Positions 49,721 to 59,212 of a stretch of 64,000 nucleotides of DNA are shown in pieces. Source of the DNA: an uncultured Flavobacterium sp. (GTDB lineage: Bacteria > Bacteroidota > Bacteroidia > Flavobacteriales > Flavobacteriaceae); assembly GCA_963513255.1 (NCBI GenBank), contig CAUPPG010000001.1, forward strand, positions 150,902 to 214,901, read 5' to 3'. The notes below the pieces were generated by a model. The model was not told the origin of the DNA and searched no databases. It saw only the letters and a list, made by a program, of their open reading frames with translations. Numbering within the stretch: the first letter of the stretch is position 1; every line of letters begins with the position of its first letter. Position numbers and translations under genes: made by a program.

Positions 49721-51265
49721 GTGAATAAAGAATTAATCATTCGATCCAGTTCAGAAGCCGTAGATTTTGCCTTATTAAAAGATGGAAAACTAATTGAATT
49801 ACACAAAGAAGAAGAAAAAAGCAACTTTCAAGTTGGTGATATTTTTATTGCCAAAATTAGAAAACCAGTTGCTGGACTTAATGCTGCTTTTGTGAATGTT
49901 GGCTTCGAAAAAGATGCCTTTTTACACTATCACGACTTAGGTCCTAATTTAGCTTCCCAACTGAAATTCATAAAACTTGTAAGCGCAGGTAAATTAAAAG
50001 ATTTCTCCCTAAAAACCTTTCAGTTTGACAATGAAATTGATAAAGATGGTACCATTACAGATGTTTTGAGTGCCAATCAATCAATTTTAGTACAAGTCGT
50101 AAAAGAACCAATATCAACCAAAGGACCAAGAATTAGCGCTGAGCTTTCTCTTGCCGGACGTTTTATTGTGTTAGTTCCTTTTTCAGATCGTGTTTCTATT
50201 TCTCAAAAAATAGAAGACAAAAAAGAAAAGGATCGTTTGAAAAAACTAGTACAATCTGTTAAACCAAAAGGATTTGGTGTTATTGTTCGTACAGTAGCCG
50301 AAGGCAAAAATACAGCCGAATTAGAAAAAGATTTGCAGAACCTGCTTAGCAGATGGACTGCAATGTGTAAGAAATTACCAACTGCTCATCATCCGTCAAA
50401 AGTATTAGGAGAGCTCAACAGAGCTTCTTCTATCTTACGAGACGTATTTAACGATACCTTTAGTGGTATTCAAATTGATGATGAAGAGTTGTACCAACAA
50501 ACCAAGGATTATGTGCAAGAAATTGCACCGTCCAAAGAATCAATTGTGAAGTTTTATCAATCCAATGATACACCCATTTTTGAGAAATACAATATAGAGA
50601 GACAAATCAAGACTTCGTTTGGAAAAACGGTTTCTATGAGTAAAGGAGCTTACCTTATTATCGAACATACTGAAGCATTACACGTTATTGACGTGAACAG
50701 CGGAAACCGTTCTAATAAAGCTTCTAATCAAGAAGATACTGCCATGGAAGTGAATATGATTGCTGCTGCCGAAATAGCAAGACAATTGCGTCTTCGCGAT
50801 ATGGGCGGAATCATCGTAGTTGATTTTATCGATATGGCGAATCCCGAAAATCGTAAAGTATTATTCGACTTCTTACGAGAGGAAATGAGTGATGATAAAG
50901 CCAAACACAAAATCTTACCGCCGAGTAAGTTTGGATTAGTTCAAATTACAAGACAACGCGTAAGACCAGAAATGAATATTAAAACTAGAGAAGAAGATCC
51001 TAATAATGAAAGCGGCGAAATTGAAGCGCCAATTCTTATTATTGACAAGATTACTTTAGACCTAGAAAGAGTTTTAAACAGTCATTCAAATGTGATACTT
51101 AATGTACATCCATTTGTGGCTGCCTACCTTACCAAAGGTTTTCCATCAATACGTTCAAAGTGGTTCTTTGAACATAAAAAATGGGTGAAAATTATACCAC
51201 GTGACGCTTACACGTATTTAGAATACCATTTCTTTGACAAAAAAGGAAATGTTATTTCAGAATAA
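49721..51265 (+). CDS. rng: Ribonuclease E/G family protein
   Basis: S1 domain, KEPISTKGPRI, IDVNSG, ARQLRLRDMGGIIVVDFIDM. Probable GTG start at 49721 (VNKELII). Confidence 0.93.
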   Translation: MNKELIIRSSSEAVDFALLKDGKLIELHKEEEKSNFQVGDIFIAKIRKPVAGLNAAFVNVGFEKDAFLHYHDLGPNLASQLKFIKLVSAGKLKDFSLKTFQFDNEIDKDGTITDVLSANQSILVQVVKEPISTKGPRISAELSLAGRFIVLVPFSDRVSISQKIEDKKEKDRLKKLVQSVKPKGFGVIVRTVAEGKNTAELEKDLQNLLSRWTAMCKKLPTAHHPSKVLGELNRASSILRDVFNDTFSGIQIDDEELYQQTKDYVQEIAPSKESIVKFYQSNDTPIFEKYNIERQIKTSFGKTVSMSKGAYLIIEHTEALHVIDVNSGNRSNKASNQEDTAMEVNMIAAAEIARQLRLRDMGGIIVVDFIDMANPENRKVLFDFLREEMSDDKAKHKILPPSKFGLVQITRQRVRPEMNIKTREEDPNNESGEIEAPILIIDKITLDLERVLNSHSNVILNVHPFVAAYLTKGFPSIRSKWFFEHKKWVKIIPRDAYTYLEYHFFDKKGNVISE

Positions 51266-51269
51266 AAAG

Positions 51270-51302
51270 AAACCGCCTTTCGAAAGATAGGCGGTTTTTT
51301 TA
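51270..51302 (+). terminator. Intrinsic terminator after rng
   Basis: AAACCGCCT..AGGCGGTTTTTTT. Confidence 0.8.
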
Positions 51303-51433
51303 TGCTTTGTTGAGATTGATTTAACATAAAAGTGTAATAGGTAACTTTTATTTTACAGTTTGATTTGTTTTACATAATCATTTGGTAATTTTCTATCGAA
51401 TGTTGAATACTATTTTTACTAAAATTTAAAATA

Positions 51434-52135
51434 ATGAATTCTTTAGTAAATTTAATTAAGGATAATCGGTTTTTCTTTAATGTAAGTCTTGTATTAGTAT
51501 CTGTTTTTGGACTTTTTTTGTGTCTTGTTTCAAGAGTGGAAGGATTTATAATGTTGAATAGTTTTCATACTAAATTTTTATATTCTTTTTTTAATTTAAC
51601 TACTTTTCTTGGGGATGGTTTGTTTACAATTATTGTGAGTTTTGTACTCGTTATTTTCTTTAAAAAACATACTAAACTAGCCTTGATATTAATTGTGGCT
51701 TATTTAAGTTCAGGAATATTTGCTCAAATTTTTAAGGCACTAATTCACGCCCCACGACCAAGCTTGTATTTTCAACTACATAAATACAATTATTATCTTG
51801 ATACCTTTGCAAAAAGTAGAGTAGGGTTTAATAGCTTTCCGTCGGGACATTCTTCTTCAGCATTTGCGATGGTAACCGTGTTGTCAATTTATTGTAAGAG
51901 AAAATATCTTTGTTATAGTTTTTTAATAATTGGAATTATAGCGGGGTATTCAAGAATTTATTTAGCTCATCATTTTTTGATAGATGTTTTTGTTGGAGCT
52001 ATTTTAGGAATAGTTTTTGGTTCGCTGTCTTTTGTTTGGATTCATAAAAATTGGGATGGTATATTTCGCTTTTTCACTCAAAGATTTTATTCGGATAGGA
52101 ATGAACAGACTCCTAATTTCCCTTCTTTACAATAA
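51434..52135 (+). CDS. PAP2-family membrane phosphatase
   Basis: C1 KALIHAPRP, C2 FPSGH, C3 SRIYLAHHFLID. Confidence 0.9.
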   Translation: MNSLVNLIKDNRFFFNVSLVLVSVFGLFLCLVSRVEGFIMLNSFHTKFLYSFFNLTTFLGDGLFTIIVSFVLVIFFKKHTKLALILIVAYLSSGIFAQIFKALIHAPRPSLYFQLHKYNYYLDTFAKSRVGFNSFPSGHSSSAFAMVTVLSIYCKRKYLCYSFLIIGIIAGYSRIYLAHHFLIDVFVGAILGIVFGSLSFVWIHKNWDGIFRFFTQRFYSDRNEQTPNFPSLQ

Positions 52136-52509
52136 TGAATTTTATACAATTTTTTAGATTTGGTGTGGTAGGAGCATTTGGGCTTTGTATAGATTTTTGT
52201 GTGACTTGGGTATTAAAAGAAAAGGTTAGAGTTAATAAATACCAGTCAAACGCTATAGGTTTTGTTGTAGCAGCTACCAATAATTATTTTCTCAATAAAT
52301 ATTTCACTTTTCAAAATACCGATAGTGATTTAGTAATACAATTTGCGAGTTTTTTTGGAATAGCTTTGGTTGGTTTGGGGTTAAATTTAATTATTTTGTA
52401 TTGTCTCCAAACCTATACAAAATCCAACTTTTATATTTCTAAAATAATAGCTACTGCTATAGTTTTTCTTTGGAATTTCACAGCTAATTCTTGGTTTACA
52501 TTTAATTAG
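52135..52509 (+). CDS. GtrA family flippase-like protein
   Basis: 124 aa, 4 TMs, FRFGVVG, NYFLNKYFTF, WNFTANSWFTF. Confidence 0.9.
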   Translation: MNFIQFFRFGVVGAFGLCIDFCVTWVLKEKVRVNKYQSNAIGFVVAATNNYFLNKYFTFQNTDSDLVIQFASFFGIALVGLGLNLIILYCLQTYTKSNFYISKIIATAIVFLWNFTANSWFTFN

Positions 52510-52517
52510 TTAGTTCC

Positions 52518-54044
52518 ATGCGTTCAAAAAAAAATAAAATTTACTGGTTGATTGGCATCGCTACTTTGGTGCGAATAATAATTACTTTTTCTATTGATTT
52601 AGGAAATGACGAGATTTATTATTTAACATACGCCCAACATTTACAGTGGAACTATTTTGATCATCCACCTATGGTGGCTTTACTTATTCGGTTAACTACT
52701 TTAGATTTGTATTTCACAACTGATTTCTATGTTCGTTTAGGAGCTATTATTTTAGCTGCTTGGAATACTTATCTACTATTTTCAATAACCAAGCAAATTA
52801 AAAGTGAAAAGGCTGGTTATATTGCTGCTTTATTGTTTACCACCTCTTTGTATTCAAGTATTATAGCGGGGGTTTTTATTTTACCTGATGCTCCACAACT
52901 ATTTTTTTGGTTATTGTCTGTATTTCTGTTGTTAAAAATTGTAACCGCCACAGAAAAAGATCCTTTACAAAATATTAGAATAATTGCTTTTGGAATTCTT
53001 TCAGGTTTATGTATTATGAGTAAAGTACATGGTGCGTTTTTATGGATTGCTTTTGGCTTGTATATTTTGTTTTACAAAAGAAGTTTGTTTTCCAATGGAT
53101 TTATCTATCTTTCATTACTATTCACATTTGCGATAATTTCTCCAATTGTATTCTGGAATATTGACAATAACTTTATTACTTATACATTTCATAGCGACAG
53201 AGTAGTAATTAAAAACGGGGTTGATTTAACTAATTTTTTCAGGGAATTTTTAGGGAGTATTTTATACAACAATCCATTCAATTATTTTTTAACGGTTTGT
53301 ACTCTTTTTACGATTTGGAAAACCAAAATTTCCATTTCTTCACCAATAATTAGAATACTGCTTCTATTGAGTCTTCCGCTAATAGTTACTGTGTTGTTTA
53401 TTTCATTTTTCAGAGCGACATTGCCGCATTGGTCTGGGCCTGCCTATGTTACTTTGCTTATTTTGGTTGCAGTTATACATGAAGAAACTACGCTTTATTT
53501 TAAGCTTAAATGTTCCAAATTAGTTAAGTTCTCTTTAGTATTGATAGGTTTTGTAGTTATTTTAGGTTGTGTGTTAATTAATTATATTCCAGGAACTTTG
53601 GGAAGTAAAGAGCAGGCTACTTTAGGTAAGGGTGATCCAACTTTGGATATGTATAATTGGAATTTTTTTACATCTGAATTTGATAAAATTCATAATGAAA
53701 ATATCAGATCTAAAAAAACGCCCACTTCCTTTATTATTAATAATAAATGGTTTCCAGGCGCACATATTGATAATTATATAGCGCAACCCTTACATTTAGA
53801 TTTTGTGGCTGTAGGTAAACTGGAGGATATTCATACGTATGCTTGGCTCAACAACTACCGGAAGAAAATGAAAGTTGGAGACGATGCTTATTTTATTACT
53901 TTTTCTAATTGTTTCACAGATCCTTTTGAATTGTATTCAGATAAGTTTCAAAAAATTAATAAGCCAATTGTTATTACGCAATACAGAAATAAGTTACCCG
54001 TTAGGCAGATGTTAGTTTATTTACTTGAAACGTATAAGGGCTAG
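52518..54044 (+). CDS. ArnT/PMT_2-type GT-C glycosyltransferase
   Basis: LGNDEIYY, YFDHPPMV, ILPDAP; multi-TM. Confidence 0.87.
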   Translation: MRSKKNKIYWLIGIATLVRIIITFSIDLGNDEIYYLTYAQHLQWNYFDHPPMVALLIRLTTLDLYFTTDFYVRLGAIILAAWNTYLLFSITKQIKSEKAGYIAALLFTTSLYSSIIAGVFILPDAPQLFFWLLSVFLLLKIVTATEKDPLQNIRIIAFGILSGLCIMSKVHGAFLWIAFGLYILFYKRSLFSNGFIYLSLLFTFAIISPIVFWNIDNNFITYTFHSDRVVIKNGVDLTNFFREFLGSILYNNPFNYFLTVCTLFTIWKTKISISSPIIRILLLLSLPLIVTVLFISFFRATLPHWSGPAYVTLLILVAVIHEETTLYFKLKCSKLVKFSLVLIGFVVILGCVLINYIPGTLGSKEQATLGKGDPTLDMYNWNFFTSEFDKIHNENIRSKKTPTSFIINNKWFPGAHIDNYIAQPLHLDFVAVGKLEDIHTYAWLNNYRKKMKVGDDAYFITFSNCFTDPFELYSDKFQKINKPIVITQYRNKLPVRQMLVYLLETYKG

Positions 54045-54488
54045 CTATTTTCTGCGCTCAGCAAAAAATCGTTTCATTAGTTCCGCAGCTTCCTCTGCTA
54101 AAATCCCAGAAACCACTTCAGTTTTAGGGTGTAATTGTGTTCCCATCGCAGAAAATCCACGTTGCTCGTCAGTGGCACCATAGACAATTTTCGAAATTTG
54201 ACTCCAATACAAAGCACCAGCACACATTTGGCAAGGCTCTAGTGTAACATACAAGGTACAATCTTTTAGGTATTTTCCACCCAAAAAATTAGCAGCCGCA
54301 GTAATAGCTTGCATTTCGGCATGCGCCGTTACATCATGAAGTAATTCGGTTAAATTATGACTGCGAGCAATGATGGTGTTATTAATCACAATTAGGGCGC
54401 CTACAGGAATTTCGCCTTTGTCAAAAGCCATCTCGGCCTCTTGCAAGGCTTTCTTCATAAAATAGGTGTCGTTGAAAGGGTTTTCCAT
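54045..54488 (-). CDS. tadA: tRNA adenosine deaminase-like nucleoside deaminase
   Basis: GEIPVGA, TAHAEM, TLEPCQMCAGA. Start at ATG 54488. Confidence 0.9.
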   Translation of the reverse strand: MENPFNDTYFMKKALQEAEMAFDKGEIPVGALIVINNTIIARSHNLTELLHDVTAHAEMQAITAAANFLGGKYLKDCTLYVTLEPCQMCAGALYWSQISKIVYGATDEQRGFSAMGTQLHPKTEVVSGILAEEAAELMKRFFAERRK

Positions 54489-54525
54489 TTGGCAAAAATA
54501 AGAATTCAATTTGTACATTTGTACC

Positions 54526-56298
54526 ATGTCAAACAATTTACTTTCAAGCATTAATAGTCCCAATGATTTACGTCAACTCGATGTTAATCAATTGCCACAA
54601 CTGGCTCAAGAGTTGCGCGACTTCATTATCGATATAGTTTCGGTAAAAGAGGGGCATTTGGGTGCTAGTTTGGGAGTGGTAGAGTTGACTATTGCTTTGC
54701 ATTATGTTTTTGATACGCCCAACGATTGTTTGATTTGGGACGTAGGACATCAAGCCTACGGACATAAAATACTTACGGGTAGGAGAGCAACATTCCATAC
54801 CAACAGACAACTTCATGGCATTTCAGGTTTCCCAAAAAGAAGTGAAAGTGAGTACGATGCTTTTGGCGTAGGCCATTCGTCCACTTCTATTTCAGCTGCT
54901 TTAGGAATGGCGATTGCCGCTAATTTGAAAGGTGATATGGAGCAACACCATATTGCAGTCATTGGAGACGCTTCAATTGCTTCGGGAATGGCTTTTGAAG
55001 GATTGAATCATGCAGGAGTTACGGATGCCAATTTATTAGTCATCTTAAATGATAATGCTATTGGGATTGATCCAAGCGTGGGAGCTTTGAAAAACTATTT
55101 GACGGCAGTTAAAGAAGGGAAAAACCCAAGACAAAACAACATGATTAAGTCCTTGAATTTTGACTATTCAGGACCTATTGATGGACATGATATTCAGGCA
55201 GTAATTCAAGAATTGGAGCGGATTAAAAAAGTAAAAGGCCCTAAATTTTTACATGTTATTACGACCAAAGGGAAAGGATTACAACAGGCCGAAGAGAATC
55301 AGGTGCAATACCATGCGCCAGGAAAATTTGATGCCAATACAGGAGAAATTATTCCTAAATCTTCTGCAAATCTTCCGCCAAAATACCAAGATGTTTTTGG
55401 TTTGACAGTTTTGGATTTGGCACAAAAGAATGAAAAAATTATTGGAATTACACCAGCAATGCCTACGGGGAGTTCGTTAAAGTTGATGATGGATGCGTTC
55501 CCAAAACGTGCTTTTGACGTCGGTATAGCTGAGCAGCATGCGGTTACTTTGGCAGCTGGAATGGCAATACAAGGAATGGTTGTTTTTTGCAATATCTATT
55601 CAACTTTTTTGCAAAGAGCGTATGATCAAGTGATTCATGATGTGGCTTTGCAAAATTTACCCGTCATTTTTTGTTTGGATCGTGCTGGTTTAGTTGGAGA
55701 GGATGGCGCCACACATCATGGTGTTTTTGATTTGGCGTATCTGCGTTGTATTCCGAATTTAATTGTGTATTCGCCACGAAATGAGATGGCTTTACAAAAC
55801 ATTTTATACACCGCTCAATTAGGTTTGGAACATCCTATTGCTATTCGTTACCCACGTGGACGCGGACAAAATACCCATTGGCAAACACCATATCAAACCT
55901 TACCCATTGGTAAAGCACATTGTATAAAAGAAGGGACTCAAATAGCCGTTTTGTCTAACGGAACGATTGGGAATAATGTGACGCAAGCGTTAGAAAATTT
56001 ACAGAATCCAAATGCGATTGCTCATTTTGATTTTCCTTTTGTAAAACCTTTGGACGAAACACTATTACATACTATTTTTTCAAAATACAAAACCATAATC
56101 ACCATCGAAGATGGCGTAATTATAGGAGGATTTGGTAGTGCTATTTTAGAATTTTCGGCTGCTAATAAGTGCTATTCCAAGGTTCGATTATTAGGAATTC
56201 CAGATGAATTTATTGAGCAAGGTACGGTTTTTGAGTTACAACAATATTGTAAAATTGACGTTATAAGTCTGGAAACTTTTTTCAGAGAGGTGCTATAA
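54526..56298 (+). CDS. dxs: 1-deoxy-D-xylulose-5-phosphate synthase
   Basis: GHLGASLGVVELT, WDVGHQAY, GDA..N TPP motif, DRAGLVGEDGATH. Start at ATG 54526. Confidence 0.96.
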   Translation: MSNNLLSSINSPNDLRQLDVNQLPQLAQELRDFIIDIVSVKEGHLGASLGVVELTIALHYVFDTPNDCLIWDVGHQAYGHKILTGRRATFHTNRQLHGISGFPKRSESEYDAFGVGHSSTSISAALGMAIAANLKGDMEQHHIAVIGDASIASGMAFEGLNHAGVTDANLLVILNDNAIGIDPSVGALKNYLTAVKEGKNPRQNNMIKSLNFDYSGPIDGHDIQAVIQELERIKKVKGPKFLHVITTKGKGLQQAEENQVQYHAPGKFDANTGEIIPKSSANLPPKYQDVFGLTVLDLAQKNEKIIGITPAMPTGSSLKLMMDAFPKRAFDVGIAEQHAVTLAAGMAIQGMVVFCNIYSTFLQRAYDQVIHDVALQNLPVIFCLDRAGLVGEDGATHHGVFDLAYLRCIPNLIVYSPRNEMALQNILYTAQLGLEHPIAIRYPRGRGQNTHWQTPYQTLPIGKAHCIKEGTQIAVLSNGTIGNNVTQALENLQNPNAIAHFDFPFVKPLDETLLHTIFSKYKTIITIEDGVIIGGFGSAILEFSAANKCYSKVRLLGIPDEFIEQGTVFELQQYCKIDVISLETFFREVL

Positions 56299-56328
56299 AT
56301 AAATCAAAATTTAAATACTAAAAACATA

Positions 56329-57270
56329 ATGAGATTACGTTTTGTTCTTTTTTTATTTCTTTTTTCAATTACGATTTCTGCTCAAGAATTGGTATATACA
56401 AAATCGCCAGATTCAATTTCGCATTGGACCAAAAAGAATAAATTAGGATTTGATATCTCCGAAATTGCTTTTGTCAACTGGAGTGCTGGAGGGAATAGTG
56501 CTATATCAGGATTGCTAAAAGGCGATTTTTCTAGAATTTATGCTAAAGGAAATCAAAAATGGGTAAATGACTTATTTATTCGTTATGGGCTAAATAAACA
56601 GGATGGGTATGAGATGAGAAAAACAGATGATGCGATCCAAATTAATTCCACTTTTGGGTATAGAAAAGATACTATTACAAATTGGTATCATTCGGCCAAA
56701 TTCAATTTTAATACTCAATTTACTAACGGATATGCGTATCCAAACACAGAGAAAGCAATTTCTCGATTATTTGCTCCTGCTTATATCTTTTTAGGAGTTG
56801 GAGCAGAAAATGCGAGTAAAAAGAAACATCGAATTTTTTATATTTCGCCTTTTACGTTCAAGAATACGTTAGTCTTAGATCAGCGATTAGCTAATCAGGG
56901 AGCATTTGGTGTTGCTAAAGCTCAGTTCGATTCTAATGGAAATTTGATTGTAGAAGGGAAAAATTCAAAAACAGAATTAGGTTTTTTATTTACGAGTTAC
57001 TATAAAAAAGAAATAGTTAAGAATATTACATTAGTGAATAAATTAGTTCTGTTTTCAGATTATATTAATAACTTTGGGAATATTGATGTTGATTATGATT
57101 TTTTATTAGATTTAGTGGTAAATCAATACGTACGTGCTAATATAGGCGCGAGGATTATTTATGACGATGATATAAAAGCTAAAGAAGAAATTAACAACAA
57201 GCAAGTTACGTTGGGACCAAAACTCCAATTGAAACAAATGTTAGGTATTGGTTTTGTTTATACGTTTTAA
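56329..57270 (+). CDS. DUF3078 outer-membrane beta-barrel protein
   Basis: Signal peptide, FVNWSAGG, RKTDD, terminal YTF. Confidence 0.82.
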   Translation: MRLRFVLFLFLFSITISAQELVYTKSPDSISHWTKKNKLGFDISEIAFVNWSAGGNSAISGLLKGDFSRIYAKGNQKWVNDLFIRYGLNKQDGYEMRKTDDAIQINSTFGYRKDTITNWYHSAKFNFNTQFTNGYAYPNTEKAISRLFAPAYIFLGVGAENASKKKHRIFYISPFTFKNTLVLDQRLANQGAFGVAKAQFDSNGNLIVEGKNSKTELGFLFTSYYKKEIVKNITLVNKLVLFSDYINNFGNIDVDYDFLLDLVVNQYVRANIGARIIYDDDIKAKEEINNKQVTLGPKLQLKQMLGIGFVYTF

Positions 57271-58247
57271 ACCGCCATTAAATTACAACCTCTAATATCA
57301 GAATGGTCAAATCGACCTAAAACTTCAAAACTTCCGTTAGGGTATTTTTTTCCTAAGTCTTGCGTAGCGATAAATGAACACGAATTGATATTAGCCAAGT
57401 CAATTACGTTAATGCCGCCTGTTTTACCTTCTCTGACGTAAGACAAAGCGTCTTCAGTATCGCGAACGAGTATTTGCATCCACGAAGGGCATTCAAAAAT
57501 TCCTTCGCCAAGAGAATAGGCTTGTGACAATAATTCGGTCATTCCATATTCCGAATGAATGGTATTGACGCCAAGTCCTTCGCAGAGTTGCTGGTGTAAT
57601 TCTTCTCGAATCATTTCTTTTCGCTTGCCTTTCATACCTCCGGTTTCCATAATGATGGTGTTCTCTAATTGAAAAGTATGTTTTTCAACTAAATCGAGTA
57701 AAGCATAGGTAACTCCAATTAGAATTACATTTTGTCCTGCTTGGTCTAGTTGAATTAATTTTTCAATTAGTTCGTCGTAGTTGTGCAAGTAAAATCCGCT
57801 TTCAGCTTGATTTGATAGTTGAATTAAATCATCTACCATGTGAATTAATGATGAACCTTCTCTTTCTAAATACGATGGGAGCAAAGCTAAAACCACATAA
57901 TCTTCAATATTACCGTAGAATTGAGAAAATCCTTTTCGGTAGCTTTCTTCATAAATGCTAATATCCGTAACTAAATGTTTACTAGTACTCATTCCGGTTG
58001 TACCACTACTGGTAAAAGCAGCTTGGATAAGATTAGTATTGGAAACTACGGAGTGGCTTTTGAAAAATTGAATGGGCAAAAAAGGAATTTGTTGTATTGA
58101 TTTTACTTTTTGTACATCCGTTTTTAAAAAATCGCAAAATTCACGATACACTAAATTATTCTCGTATTGAAAACGGAATACTTTCAAAGCAATTTTGTCA
58201 AATTGTTTTTGATTACTAATGGTAAATATATCGTGGGTTGAAATCAA
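57267..58247 (-). CDS. LuxE-like acyl-protein synthetase / acyltransferase
   Basis: IPFLPIQFFK, FTSSGTTG, METGGMKG, EYGMTELLSQ, RGCN. Confidence 0.85.
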   Translation of the reverse strand: MISTHDIFTISNQKQFDKIALKVFRFQYENNLVYREFCDFLKTDVQKVKSIQQIPFLPIQFFKSHSVVSNTNLIQAAFTSSGTTGMSTSKHLVTDISIYEESYRKGFSQFYGNIEDYVVLALLPSYLEREGSSLIHMVDDLIQLSNQAESGFYLHNYDELIEKLIQLDQAGQNVILIGVTYALLDLVEKHTFQLENTIIMETGGMKGKRKEMIREELHQQLCEGLGVNTIHSEYGMTELLSQAYSLGEGIFECPSWMQILVRDTEDALSYVREGKTGGINVIDLANINSCSFIATQDLGKKYPNGSFEVLGRFDHSDIRGCNLMAV

Positions 58248-58285
58248 GAATTATTTTTTTACAAAAGTAATTGTAAACTTTCAAT

Positions 58286-58324
58286 AAAAAAATGGTTTAA
58301 CTACTTATCGTTAAACCATTTTTA
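58286..58324 (-). terminator. Terminator after the phosphatase gene
   Basis: AAAAAAATGGTTTAAC..GTTAAACCATTTTT. Confidence 0.7.
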
Positions 58325-58343
58325 TAAGGACTAAATAAATTTT

Positions 58344-59156
58344 TTAGTTAGATAAATATTTATTTTTTATTTTTTGTTTTAGTTCTTGATTTATCCCAAA
58401 TTCTTTTAAAAGCATGGAGTCTATTGAACCGTATTTTTTTATTATACCATCCCATGCGGCCTCTAGCCAAGGTGCTTTAACTCCCATTAACATAGCTACT
58501 CTTTCTTGTGGAACTCCACCAAATGAATTTATTTTTATTTTACTAGCAGCTTCATTAGAACGTAAGTAATCAAGCATAATTTCTTCTTTTGATACATCTA
58601 GAATATGTAATAATAAAGAAGAGGCTATCCCTGTTCTATCTTTACCAGCGCTACAATGGAACAGTACAACCGTATTTTCTTGGCTTATTGCATCAAAAAA
58701 AGGTTTGAAATCATGAACGTTTTCTACAAAATTTCGATTCGCATTAACCAATAAAGAATCAACATCTGAGGGTTTGAAATCTGGATTTTTTAGAACTTCC
58801 ATAAATCGGCCCATTGATTTTGGATCGATAGAACCAATCATGGCTCTTTTAGTTACAATTGTCTGACCTTGAGGAATAAAATCAGGGTCTTTGGAAATCT
58901 CATCATCATTTCTGAAATCTACAATTGTATTAATATTTAAAGAATTAAAAATAGTAATATCATTTTCTGATAATTTTGGAAAATTTCCAGAACGATAAAT
59001 GATTTTATCTTTAATTTTTTTACCTTCTTTATTACTAATTCCAGATAGAGATCTAAAATTTGGGCTGCCTTCAATATTCACATTTTGTTGTGCAAAACAA
59101 CTTATGGTTAGAATTGTAAATACAAGACTAATTTTTTTGAGTTTTATGCTATTCAT
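58344..59156 (-). CDS. Exported tyrosine-phosphatase-fold enzyme (Y_phosphatase3; IphP/MptpB-like)
   Basis: Signal peptide, PNFRSL, IYRSG, IVDFR, P-loop FHCSAGKDRTG, DYLRSN. Confidence 0.9.
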   Translation of the reverse strand: MNSIKLKKISLVFTILTISCFAQQNVNIEGSPNFRSLSGISNKEGKKIKDKIIYRSGNFPKLSENDITIFNSLNINTIVDFRNDDEISKDPDFIPQGQTIVTKRAMIGSIDPKSMGRFMEVLKNPDFKPSDVDSLLVNANRNFVENVHDFKPFFDAISQENTVVLFHCSAGKDRTGIASSLLLHILDVSKEEIMLDYLRSNEAASKIKINSFGGVPQERVAMLMGVKAPWLEAAWDGIIKKYGSIDSMLLKEFGINQELKQKIKNKYLSN

Positions 59157-59212
59157 TTTATAAATATAATATCCTCCTTATGTGTTAAAACATAAAGAGG
59201 ATAAGTTAATTT

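Noticed and set aside
57267-58247. luxE-like gene as evidence of bioluminescence
   Set aside because: No luxA/B/C/D nearby; stand-alone LuxE-like genes are common in Bacteroidota.
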